64,000 bases of DNA from the human T2T-CHM13v2.0 reference genome, Homo sapiens, in assembly GCF_009914755.1 (NCBI RefSeq), contig NC_060945.1, one strand, 5' to 3'. The notes beneath the pieces were generated by a model that made no database searches, was not told where the DNA came from, and saw nothing but the letters and a program-made list of their open reading frames with translations. The position numbers and the translations under genes were made by a program. Shown here one piece after another: positions 44,701 through 59,559 of this stretch (positions are counted from its first letter, which is position 1; each line of letters starts with the position of its first letter).

Positions 44701-45341
44701 TTAAGTTTACTTCTTTTGGAGCCTACTACAGGTATGGTCATGAATGTATATATAATTTCACTAATCCCTTGAAAGAAACTACAAAATTTAAAATAGAACT
44801 AAAATGATCAACTGTAAATAGATGAAAGCAAGTAGAAACAAACAGGACAAAGGTGGCAGCATAGGAACGTTTGTAAACAGTATAGTCTTAATCAGGAGGA
44901 CACGGATTAGGTATTAGTGGACTATGTGGTAATGAACACTCCCACGTGCCCACATACACACGCGTACACACACTTGCAGAATTGAGGCAGGAAAATAGGG
45001 TCTGGAGGCAGGGAACATAAGGCTGATTTACACTTCAGCTATGACAGGAAATATCCTCTCCATAGGGCAGACACCGAGTAAATGACTGTAACTTTACTTT
45101 GTCCTCTCCATTTACAGCGGGCATACTCGAAGCAACCAATGAAATCCTTTAGGGGGTATTTTAAACTCCTAAAAATTCCTTAATAGGGCCTTTGAGCTCC
45201 TATGCTTGGGCCCTCTCCCACACTGTGGAGTGTACTTTCACTTTCAATAAATTCCTTTGTCCCTTCCTTGCTTTGTGCGTTTTGTCCAATTCTTTGTTCA
45301 AGACACCAAGAACCTCGACACGAACCACCTTTAACATAGTT

Positions 45342-45359
45342 TGGTGAACCAGCCTGGAG
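45342..45359 (+). promoter_or_regulatory. Primer binding site, tRNA-Arg-like
   Basis: tggtgaaccagcctggag versus TGGCGAGCCAGCCAGGAG (complement of the tRNA-Arg(ACG) 3' end as remembered), 15/18 match, 5 nt after the 5' LTR. Confidence 0.7.
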
Positions 45360-46365
45360 GCAGAGGTAAGCCCAAAGTTTGGGATTTATTCTTCTCCTTT
45401 CTTCTTTTTCTTTCTGCTCCATACAAGGGAATCTTTCTCCCTTTTCCTTTCCAACCCAGGACCCTTGGTAGTCAGATCCTAAACATGGAAGCAAATGCAG
45501 GTTTCTGGCTGTGGCCAGTAAACCTAAGGGGGTTCCATGTGGAGAAGCCTGACCACCACCGCCCAGTTCGCTTAAGAAACCTGGGTTTTTTTTCCACGTC
45601 TTTTTTCTTTTTCTTTTTTTTCCTCTTTCTTTTTCAGTCTTTCAGCAGCAGCTTCCTAGTAGCTCCTTGGAAATTGAGGGCAATTGCCTGGGGTCACTCC
45701 TCAGTACTGCTTGAAGGCCTAGGAAATGAATGGGAATAATTGCCCTGCCCCAAAGGGGAAAGGACTTGTATTTTTTAATCTTTTCTGTACATGGTCCCTG
45801 ATCCCTACATGGGATGCAGCTCCGAGCAAACTTGCACATGTTTCAGGGGACTTAAACCTTCTTTTCTTATGCTAAATTCTTCCCTTATTGTATTCAACTG
45901 GCTAAGGAACAAAAAGGCCCACCCAGCATCCAGTTCTCATTACAGTTCATGGCCACTCTTATAAAGCTCATTGTATCCTCCAGAGGGGAGAACCTGCATG
46001 TGGTGCCCACCTGAGGTCAGAGACGTTTGGCACTCTAAGACTGGACCCCACAGGAGGATGCTCTGTGGATCCTGGGGACCCTAACCACTCCACTCCTAAC
46101 ACTCTTGGCAGAGGATCTGAGGTCTAGTATTAACCCCCCTTAGAATTTTCTCTCACAGTTGCAGTGCTGCTTGGCCCCAACAGTGTTTGGAATCTGGAGT
46201 TTACTTTCTAATGGGAAAGTGGAATGGTGTTGCATGTGTCCAGGCTTTTGTGCTGTGTTTCTAACCAGGGCGCTTGGTTAATGTGTGACATCCTCCTTTG
46301 GTAGGGTTTGGTCCCAGTGCTCTTTGAAGTCTGGGGAGATTTGACCTTTAAAAATCAAACTGTCA

Positions 46366-46685
<320 letters not shown>

Positions 46686-49600
46686 TCAAACTGTCATGAA
46701 GACTGCTTTACCCAAAATCTTGGTTCACAGCCTTCATTAGATTATCTGTTGGGGCAAAGTAATACGGGCAAGCTTGTATTGCTATCTCATGACTAAGGTG
46801 CCAAGCTATTGTATTTTCATTTATGTGTGTGTGTATACACATCTATATGTGTTTATTTGTATGTACGCTTATTGTTATATGTCATGTCTACCAAAATTGG
46901 CTTATAAGTAAAAGAGCACTCATAAATTAAGTAAATAAGTCTAAGCAATTTACAAGTTTAGATGACTTAAAGTATCACTTTACTAAACAATCTAGCTTTA
47001 CAATTATTGGTGGAATAAAAATAGAAATGCCTTCAGAATTGTCAGCATACATTTTGTCTGAATTTTATGTTTGTCTTTGCTAGATATTTTTAAATATCAG
47101 TGTTAATTCAAGGGAGGAGCTGCTTGGGGTAAGCCTGCCTCCCATTCTGTTCAAAATGACTGAGATAAATTCATATCTGATTGCTTCCTTTGGAAAAGCT
47201 AATCAGAAACTAGAAAGAATGCAACCATTTTTCTCCCACCTGTGATCTGAAAGCCCACAAGCCCCCTCCTCACCTAGAGCTGTCCCACCTTTCCAGACCA
47301 AACCAATGTTCATTTTACCTATGTTGATGGATGTCTCATGTCTTCCTTGTAAAAAGTAAAAAATTAAGTACAGTGAATAGAATAATTGTTTAGGTAATGT
47401 TTTTGTGTAAATTAAAATCTTAAAGTTGTTTTTGATGCTCATTTAATATCTGAGTCATTTCCAATAAAGAAAATGTTGTAATATAGAAAAATATGTTTCC
47501 AAAAATTGTGGAATTGTCCTTATCTATAAATGTCCATATCTGATAGCTCAGGATTTCTTGCTTTTTAGAGTTTCAGTATAGTTTTAGTTTACTAAGGATA
47601 AAATTCTAGTTAACATGTAATTCTGTATAGGAAATGTGCCAGAAAGGGTTGTATTATTAGTGGAAAAAGAATAATTTTATCTAATTCCAAAATTATCTAA
47701 AAGTAAGTTCAAATTACAGATTTGAAAAGGTTATTTATGAAACAGTGTAGTAAGAAACCATTAAGTAGGGGAGAAAGATATGGAAAAACTTTAAATAATA
47801 AAATATTATTTAAAACCCGATAAAGAATTGGAAACATTTGTCTATCATTTTCATAGTTAAAGCTCTTAGTCTTGAATAAAGTTAAAAGTATTGTAAAAAT
47901 GCATTGGCAGTTTGGCAGTTTTTAAAAAATATAGTTAAGCATGGAGCTGGATTTAGCATAAAGTCAAATTTCACATACATTGCATTGCTTCACACTATGT
48001 TTACAGTTTTGCATGGATAGTGCTAGAGTACTTATTGGTCATGTGCCTAAAGTGAATTTCTGAATTTCACAGAATGTATAATGATATTGGTGAACTTAAG
48101 GATATTGAATTGTGTGTCAGGAATAAAATATTCATTATGTGGGTTTTTGGGGGCCCTAAGTGACACTGTAACCACCAGAGTAAATAGAGTAGGAAAATTT
48201 AGATTTGGTTTCCTCCTTAATTGTTTTTGCTTCTAGTTTTCATTCATTTGCTGTTTATTCTCCTCTGGCTTTGATTGACTATCCATATATATAAATCATG
48301 ATGCTTTTTATTTTCTAATGGAAGGCTTTTATTTGGTTTTGTGAATAGTTATTTTGTTTCCAATGCATTTCTAGCAAGTCATATTCATTCCACTTATCTG
48401 GAATTCCTAAGCTACCTTTGTCAGGTCACAGGATTAATGGAGCACACCAGCTTTTTATTCTTATAAACTAACTTTTTGAATTTTAGGCTTCCTGGTATTT
48501 TAAGTATGCTGACTATACTCTCATAAATAGAATTTGAGTCATATTTCTTTCTCTCTGCCTAGTTTCTCCAAAACTTGTAAACTATTTATAAATATTCTTA
48601 ATTCATGGCAATGTGTTTGTTTACATACAGTCAAGCATGATCCCTAAGGCTGCTCAGGGAGAGAGAACTTAGAAACCTGGCATGCTGGCAAAAGGGTAAG
48701 AATTTCTTGCCAGTCAGTCTCTGGCCTCTTTCTTTCTGTGCAAACTGGTTACATTAAAGATAAAAATCACTGTTTGTCTCCTCTGTAAAGTTTTGACTTA
48801 ATTGGTTTAATAATAATAAGAGCTTAAATCAAATGTTTCATCAGAAATGTGAAAAACATAATGCCTTTTATTTTGTTCATGTGACTTGAGTAATCGTTGG
48901 CAAATAAAGACAGTTTTAAAGATTATTGGTAAAATACAATGTCTTCAAAATGTAAACATGTGGTGTAAGTTATGTTCAAACATTAGGTTTGCTAAAAGCT
49001 TTAAGATCATAAACTGCTTCTTTGGTTTTTGAAAATTGTTTAACTTGCCTGCATTCCAGCTGGGTAAGGCCTGGGGACATGTGGAGCTGGCCACTCCCTA
49101 GCTATGCTGGAAGCAGTCAAACCTTATTAGAACATAACTTACCAGATTTTTACATTAAAGTTAAAATTGCTAAGACTCACTATTATAATATGCAATTGAG
49201 ACTGCTAGAAACAGTTTTAAATGTAAGGTGTGCAAAAACAGTAGAATGTGATTTTTTATGTTGTTGTTTAAAGGTTATAAAAGGTTTTTGATTCTTTAAA
49301 ATTTTGGACTCATCATTTTGGCAAAAGAAATAATTTATGGTAATCTAGAATTCCAAAATCAAACTTAAGCCTCAAAATTATCTTTCCTAATGCCTGAGTT
49401 TCTGGATGGATCAGAGGGCCCCTGAAAACATCCAGAAAGGAGGTAAACAGGATTATTTGACATGTTTAGGTACGTAGGATTGCCAAAATGATGTTCAATC
49501 TTCTTTAGGCTATGTTTTTGTGAATATATTCCAAAATTGTATGGGATTTCTAAAATTCTAATGTCTAAGTGTATGCTACCAATCACAATTATAGTTATTA

Positions 49601-50604
49601 TGTTATTGTAAACCACAGAAAAAAATAAATTTCCTTGTATAAAACTACTAACTCAAGTAGAACAAAATTAATTAAATACCAAGAAAATACTTTGTCAGAT
49701 TTTCATGTTAAACCAGTTGAAACTGAAATTGTTTAAAATAGTTTATAACCAATGCTTGGTCCCATATTCCTGGGAAGACAATTAATTCAATGCATGCTTT
49801 CTGGTTGTATAAAAGCTTTCCCACACAGGAGGACTGATGTTATAACAGTAGATTATTATGCTACAGTATATTTTCACCAGGTAAAGAAAGCTTTTTATGG
49901 TTTGAATCTTCTGGAAACATCAGAGTAAAACCATACTTGCCATCCACACTACAACAAAACTTTGGGACCTTGAACTTTGGGTTCATAACCTCATGACTGA
50001 GAAGGGTCCCTCTATGCTATTGGAGCTGTGCACCCACTGGAACCCTTAAGGTCAAACTAAGCAGGGAAATTTCTCCCAAGAAGAGAATAGGACCCTTGAT
50101 GTGAACAGCTTCCTAAGTTCACAGATTAAGACTTCTACTATCATGAACTCATATCTTTGAATATTTTTTCTTGCTTATGCCTTCTAAGAACAATAGAAGT
50201 GGAAAAAGGGTCTGTTATGTGCACTTATGGGGCACACTTTTATTTGTTAATGAGTTTGCAGCCTGCCTTATACATGGGTAACCTTATACTTTGATAGATA
50301 AAAGGTGAAGGCCCACTGTTGGTAAGAAACTTTAATGGTACATGTGTTGCCTCATAATCAGTCAAAAGCAAAACACTGGTTGACTCCTTTTAACCCACAT
50401 CATGGGTTAAAGGGAACATTGCCAGAAGGCCTTCACTCTTCTAAAAGGGCATCATTTGTTAGGTCCTTTTTCCATGGTTTAAAGTAAACTATGCAATGAC
50501 TAGAAATTTAATCCCTCATGACAGGCTCTATGGCAGATTCTACTGTAAAGGCTACAGTTACAGAATAGACTCTAAATTTTCTTGTGAAAGTTATGACAAA
50601 ATTC

Positions 50605-50646
50605 GCTAAACAGAGAAGTATCTGTGCAGCTGCTGGCACTTGTGGC
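50605..50646 (+). pseudogene. Degenerate retroviral env TM remnant
   Basis: Translates to AKQRSICAAAGTCG, resembling the cysteine loop next to the immunosuppressive domain of gamma-type env; correct position in the provirus. Confidence 0.45.
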
Positions 50647-51074
50647 CTATAGAGAAATACATCAAATGAAGATTATAGAAATTCAGTGGTAGAGGAGTGA
50701 TGAAGAAATTGCTTAGTCAAGTGAGTACATTCTTTATCTAGCTCATTATTTGATCCATTTGATTTTAGGAGGTTTGTTTTATGGGGATCTTGAGGAAGGT
50801 GCATATTCCAAACTCTTGATATTATTCTCCCAATAGTCATAATAATAGTCTCCAGAGTGCACTGTATTCTCTCAAAGGTTTCAAATGCTTGCATGCAGCC
50901 ATCTCTAGAATGTGATATGGTCTCTCCTCAACTGGAATAACAGGAGCTGAAAGAAATGTGCAACCATGAGGACACCATAACCTATAAATAATGTGCTGAT
51001 ACCAGAAACCCAAAATGATGGTAACTGAGAGTGGTTCTAAGGCCCTAAGTTTTGGTACACTCTCATCTAAGTGA

Positions 51075-51403
<329 letters not shown>

Positions 51404-54138
51404 AGGCAGAATATTTTAAACAAAATTCTGGGAGGCCGTTGTTTTGGACTAAGTTCATGCACTAGGTCTCAACAAACCAAGCCAAACCAAACCAAACCAA
51501 AATGGAGTTGCTTGTGCTAGGACTTTAAGGAAACACATAGATTCTAGAACAAATCAGGTTTTGTTCTGAATCCTGCAAATCTCTATAATACAGATTTCTG
51601 ACAGCATAGGTATCCACCCCCTAAAGTCCCCATTAAATCTTTTAACCAAATTCATTTCCTCTGGCCTAGAGACCATCAAGCTTCAGATGATCATGCAACA
51701 AAAGTCCCAGCTAGTTCCAGGTGAAGACAACACACCTGGCCTTCAAAAAGCTACTCTGCCTCCACTAGAGAGAACAGGGCGAGAGTTCCATGATCCCCAG
51801 TAGGTAAGGACTACACCCCAAGCCAGCATGAAGCAGTTACAGGAAAAGACGACCATTGATCTCTCTGCTTCCTATAAAGATTTATGGATTTATGGGGATC
51901 ACATCTGTTGGCGGGAGGGTGGGAAAAGGGGCAGGAAAATAGGGTCTGGAGGCAAGGAACATATAAGGCTGATTTACACTTCAGCTATGAGAGGAAATAT
52001 CCTCTCCATAGGACATACACAGAGTAAATAATTTTGTAACTTTACTTCATCCTCTCCATTTACATAGGGCATACCAGAAATAACCAGTGGAATCCTCTAG
52101 GGGGTATTTAAACTCCCAAAAATTCTGTAATGTGGCCTTGGAGCTCCTATGCTCAGGTCCGCTCACACACTGTGGAGTGTACTTTCATTTTCAATAAATT
52201 CCTTTGTCCCTTCCTTGCTTTGTTTGTGTGTTTTGTCCAATTCTTTGTTCAAGATGCCAAGAACCTGGACACCCTCCTCCTTTAATAGAATGATTTGATT
52301 TATTTTACTTCACATTTTGTTTATTTGTTTATTTGTACTCACATTTTGTGCTCATTTTTCCTACTGCAGAGGTTTTTAAAAATACTGAAGATATAATTGT
52401 CCTTATTTATCTCTGCATTTGTTAATCCACACATTTATTTGAACAAATGGTATCTTCAAATTTGCCATGTACCAGCTATCATTCTAGCCACACATGATCC
52501 CTACCTTCATGGAAATTTCTACCAATAAGTGTTCTAGAAAAACTTGACATTATTACTGAGTCTTACTGGCTTTGGGATACAACAAAATACACTTCCTAGT
52601 TTGAGTGACAGTCAGAAATGGTTCCTAATATCCTAGGTGAAATCTATCCATCAGTTAACTGCTTTTAAACAGCTCACACTGCCCCTTTATCAGATGTAGC
52701 AGCTGCCTCAAATAAAGCCTGTCTATTTTACATTCACATATCCATGGTTCATGTACATTCAATAGTCACTTGGAGATAAGGCAATAGATCATATATTTTA
52801 CCAGTTAGGTGTGAATCAGTAGTGCATTAATTGTAAGAATATAACTGGTAAACATACATATCAAAGGACAAGGATATTTGGATAATGAAGGGTGAGAAGT
52901 GAGATTTATTATGAATGGAGCAAATGTAAAATTTTATAATTAACGCAAATGTCTGGTATTTCCAGACATTAAAAACACATAACTATAGCAAGGTAATTTA
53001 TATCTCAATGTCACTATTTATTTATTTTCTCTGTGGGAGTATCTATAAGAGAAATATTTATTATTTCCTACTTTAAGCTAAAGAAGTGGCTAAACCTAGG
53101 TGTTTGAGTACTTGGGCATAGATTGAGGAGATACTATTAACATTTTTTTGTTACATAACTGAAAATTAAACATACTAAATATTTGGAAAACTCCTCCACA
53201 ACTTCATTTTACTTATGAACTCAATTGAGGACTATTGTGATAAACATTTCTTATACTTACCAAAGTTTTTGGTGTTCATATTTGTCAAGGAACTGTGCTA
53301 AAGGAGAGTAATTGACCATTGTAGAGTAAAGCCTAGGAAACTCTAAAATTCTCTACATTTTTTTTCTTTTTTTACATCCATAGGAAAGAAATAACATGAT
53401 TGAGGTTGAATTTATCACTACCAGAGAAATGGAACTTGAGCCTTATTACATTTGGATTAGAAAAACATTGGAATATCAGTTGAATACTCAGACTGTAAAG
53501 ACCATGAATATCACCTTTAGAAAAGTGTATCTGATTTTGGTTAGTTCTGCATTTTATAGCTGCTCTTATATGGGTACACTTAGCCTTCATCTGTGGACTC
53601 AATGTGCACTCAGTCAAAATAGCATATGTGGCTTAAATACTGAGTGTAACCTAATCATTTATTCCATAAATGTCTATAGTGCATTAATTTTGTGCTAGGT
53701 CTTTTCAAATCAAAAGCATTTGGGATAACATGAACAGCAAACTCACTCTTCTATGTATTACTATTTGGTTAACAGAGTCAGTCACTGTGAAAAGTAAACA
53801 ATTAGATAAACAAGATAACAATTGCTCTGATAAGTGAAATTAAGTAATAGTAGAGAAAGTTGATAATTATCCTTCCTTGGATAGTCAGTGAAGGCCAGAT
53901 GGAAAAGGCAGCATTTAAACAGATGTTAGAAAGAACTGGGTATTTAAGACAAATAACTTCTCAGGTAGGAGAAATAAGATGAAGGCTCTAAAGTCATTTA
54001 AAATTTAAGTTCAATACAGGACTAGAAAGAAAGCCAATGTGCTTGGATGGCTTAACGAGCTGTGATTTAGTGAATCATAAACAGGAAACTCGGAGATGAT
54101 TTCAGAGATGAAGTCTTGGGTCAAGATTTGGTAGGCCT

Positions 54139-54596
54139 TGTGTAGGGAAAATATCTTGGGCCCCCAAAATCACTAAGGAAAACTCAAGGTGGAAACTGCT
54201 TAAGAAAAATCCTGCCTCCTATTCTATTCAAAGCTCTCCCTCTGCTCACTGAGATAGATGCATATATGATTGCCTCCTTTGGAAAGGCTAATCAGAAACT
54301 CAAAACAATGCAACCCTTTGTGTCTTACCTATCTGTGACCTGGAAGCTCCTTCCCGCTTTGAGTCTTCCTGCCTTTGCTTCAAGTTGTCCCACCTTTCCA
54401 GACCAAACCAATGTACTTTTTACATATACTGATTGATGTCTCATGTCTCCCTAAAATGTATAAAATCAAGCTGTGCCATGACCATCTTGGGCACATGTCA
54501 GGATTTCCTGAGGCTGTGTCACGGACCCTTCCCTCACCTTGTCAAAATAAACTTTCTAAATTAACTGAGATCTGTCTCAGATTTTCTGGTTTCACA
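54139..54596 (+). mobile_element. MER4A/MER4A1 solo LTR
   Basis: 'ggaaaatatcttgggcccccaaaatcactaagg...aaataaactttctaaattaactgaga...ttcaca'; TSD gcct/ggct. Confidence 0.85.
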
Positions 54597-54723
54597 GGCT
54601 CTTAGATAAAAATAAAGGTTTGGATTTATTTTTATGAGTGCATTTGAACTCGTTGTAATGAATAGTTTTGACGTGGTAGAAAAAATAATACTATAACATT
54701 ACTTTTAATTGTTCTCTAACTTC

Positions 54724-55056
<333 letters not shown>

Positions 55057-55622
55057 TAAACAACATGAAAGCAGGAAGATGGTTAGCAGGCTGCTGCAGA
55101 GCCTAGATGGTTGTTAATAGCAGCTTGTTGAAGGACAAGTATAAAGGTAAATGACAAGTGACCATGTTCAGCATGTATTTTTGGTAGACAGATGGAGGTA
55201 TTGCTGATATATTACATGGAGGAAATAAGAGAAAAAAATGAGTAAGTGCAATTTCTCACTCAGTGGTTTAACAACTGAAGAAAGGACTTCTAGATTCTGA
55301 AATAAAATATTATGGAAGATGCAAAAGTTTATTGAAAGAAATAGTGTTACCATAGCCATGCATGTTAGGTCGCAGTATGGAGTATGGTTGAAATTCTGAG
55401 TGGAGGGTGTGTGAATCTGGTGTTCGGTGAGGTCAGGTGATAAGAATTTGAGCCACATGGCATATCATGACACACAAAATCATTTCTTCTGACGCTACTT
55501 CTATACATTCCAGTAAATAGAGGAAACATAAAGATTGAGGACTAAACCTTTAGGAAATTTGCAGTCAAGATTTTTTAACACAGGAGAAGATAATGAAGAT
55601 GATTTAGAATATATGGCTACAT

Positions 55623-56190
<568 letters not shown>

Positions 56191-58511
56191 TTATAGACAC
56201 CCTGAGGTGAGTAAGTTTCAGTGTGAAAGGAAGGAGAAATAGAAGCTAGAAAGTGCATATTTCCAAGATGGTGAAAAAGTGGAGAAAGAAATTGGTGATG
56301 GAAGCCAGCCTTGGAGAAGCAACTAGTAGATAATATCACATGTGAAGAGTTTGAACTTTAGTGGCAGGTGCATTTCATTCACAATAGCAAAATATAAGCA
56401 GAGTGTGGGTGCCGATTAAGGACTTTGGATAGATGCAGCCATAAGGAGAGGAGGGGGAATTCTACCTAGGCATGTTCTGCAGATTGAAACTATGTCACAG
56501 CTTCAATGGCCGCCCCCCTTTTCAATACTCCTGGATGAAAATGGGTTTTGGAATGTAGCCGGTTTTCAGTTCCAGATGTTTCTCATAACCCCAAATTATC
56601 TTCACTTGCCAATTTCCTCTGTCAAATTAATATAGGTTGGGTATTATTCTAACGGTTCACTTTCTTTTTAAACCATGTAATTCAAGGACATGAAGACTCT
56701 AAAAATGAACAGTTTTTTTTACTTAAGTTTATTGCTAAAAGTATGATTTCAACGGATAAAATGAGAAGAGAGCAGCCATAATAGATGGTAGTGATCATTT
56801 TCTTATTTAAAAAATCCTCTTTTGAGCATAGTAAGGAGCTGTGTACATTCTGAAGTATACTTGCTGAAAAATTATTACAGAAGCATAATAAAATGTGTGA
56901 TTTTGAACTTCACTCCTTTCCTTTCACAATGTCAAAATGATTCATATTTCTCTAGAAATGTTCAGGAGGAGAATATTCACCTGTGTAAATTATATTCCTA
57001 TGGGGAAGGGATTACTGCTCTTACCGAAGAGTTTATGGCAGGGTTTACTCTTTTCCATTGACAGTATGGGATGAGAGAATGGGACTTAGCTTTGTGTCCA
57101 TTTGCATTCCAGTCACCGAAATAATAATAGCTATATGGCACCTAGAGTAGAAAGGATGCTTTACAGTAAGGGCATTCTCTCAAAACTTAATAGTTTCCAC
57201 TATAAAAACTAAAGACAGTTCTTCCTAGTTTCACTGTTTCAGAGCACTGTTATTAGTTGGCTCAAAAGTTTAAATAGCTTTTGTTGTAAAATAAACAATT
57301 GGTATATGACATTCTATGAGAGGGATGGTCTGAGAATGGTTTATTGTGACAATGCAATCACTTTCAGGTATTAAATTTCAGGATGAAAACTATAAATCAT
57401 TCGCTTTCCCAGAGTGAAGTTTGACTTATTCCTGTGGCCAACATGGCGTATGGACACCAAGGACAAATAAGTCAGAATAACTTGATGGAAAAGACCTTCA
57501 GCGATAACTACATAGTTTTCATCTCTTGTATGAACAAAGTGTTAAATTTTCTCTACTATCAATTCTTTAGTGATATATTGGCTATGATTTTTTTCTGTTC
57601 CATGATATATATTATTTTATCATATAATATACATTGATATATGAATTGATTAAGGTCAGGGATATATACCAAGATAATAATTTGTTCTAAAAACTATATG
57701 TTCAGTTTTTATCATTAAAAACATTTTAAATAATAACTAATTCTCATTTGTAGTCAATAAGTGGCACATGCATAATCATATGGCAAAGATATATTTTTGT
57801 TTGGTGCTGTAGGTACAAATTACAGTTTGATCTTTCATACTTTATGAAAACAATGGTATAAATAGATATATGGTTCATATTGCAGTTGAATATAATATTT
57901 ATTCAATAACATTTATTAATGATATTTCAGGAAGTATTTCTCATACTTTAATGTATACATGAACCACATGGTATCCTCTTAAAAAAGCAAATTTTGTTTC
58001 AGTTTTTAGAAGATGGAGCTAAGATTTTTTCATTTCAAACTGCTTTGTGATCCGCTGATCTCAGTTTCAGTAGCAAATTTAAAAATATGTATGCTTCTGG
58101 ATTTTAATAGATAACTGAAATAAAACAAAATATTTTTCAGTACTAAGAGTGGTTAAATTTCAACATGATCTTTGCTTAAATGAAAGAGACTATTAGAAGT
58201 ACATTTTCTAGTACTCTTTTTTATTTCTTTTCATTTTAAATATATTTCCAAATTACAATACTTTAATTTAATGACTCATGCTGACTTCAAAATTAACACC
58301 ACAGCTAAAATATATGAGCTCCTTTTACAGCAGCGTTTTTCCTCTGGGAAATAGTAACTTCTCTTGCCATTGTTTTCATTATTTTCACTTCTTTTCTTCT
58401 GTACAAGGATCTGACAATACATCCTCAACTTTACTTGCTTGAAAACAGAAGCAGTGGCAAAGATTAGTGGTGAAAACCAGGAGACTTAAAAAACACATTT
58501 AATCTCTTTCA

Positions 58512-58564
58512 TTCCCTTCCTTCCTTCCTCCCTTCCTTCCTTCCTTCCTTCCTTCCTTCCTTCC
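58512..58564. repeat. (TTCC)n tetranucleotide microsatellite
   Basis: Directly visible polypyrimidine repeat. Confidence 0.95.
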
Positions 58565-59559
58565 TCTCTCTCTTTTTTATTTTTTGGAAAATACTCAACT
58601 ATCATCATTCACTGCCATTCAAAACATTTTTCAATCATGTATTGTCACCTAAAAGATTTATTCAAAACCTAACGGTGAATGGATAAAGATGCTCAATTTG
58701 GGGGCTCTCAATAGACAATTCAGGAATGCCGATGATTTTGCTATGTCAGTTTGGTGCTATGAAGGGAGGTAAAATATATTGCTTAAAATTGTATATATAT
58801 ACACATTACATTATATATACAAAAATTACATGTATATATATATACACATTACATGTATATATTTTATAATTTTATTAATATATATAGTTTTAATTACAAT
58901 TCTTACATATAATATAAACATAAATTTTATGTGATCCTTTTTTCTTGAATTAAAGGTTATATAATAAAAGCTACCACCTGCAGTTCTCACAGCAGTAGAA
59001 TTCCAAATCAGCCGCTGCAAAATCAGCAACAGCAGCTGTAACCTGGTTTTTAGAGAAGTTGAAATCAATTTTCACAGGTAACTTAAAGTTTATACAAATG
59101 CAGATTGTGTTCGCCAGTGTTTAACATTTGTATAATAGTCATAAAGATAATAGTACGATAAAGAGTTATTCTTACTGAATTTCAATACACAGTCTCTTCT
59201 TTTCTGTTATGGTCTTCAAAGGTATTATTTAAGCTTAATTACATTTATGAAAACAAATTAAGAAAAATGTCAAAGTTGGGATTTAAAGAGGTATACACTT
59301 ACTAAAATAAGGTATGTTTCTTAAACAAAATGTATTCTATTTTAATCATTAATTTAAGACTTTCAGTTCTTCATGAATCAGTGACCCATCAATAGTGTAT
59401 CTTTTACTGTAAGTTAATTTCAATCCTAGATTTGTATACAATTAAAGTAACATATTTATCTTAATCTTTTAAGTTTTTATATATCATCCAGAAAAATGAG
59501 ATATCTATAATAGTCTTTCAGTTCTGTAAACTTTTCTCTTTTTTCTTTCTTTAATTTTT

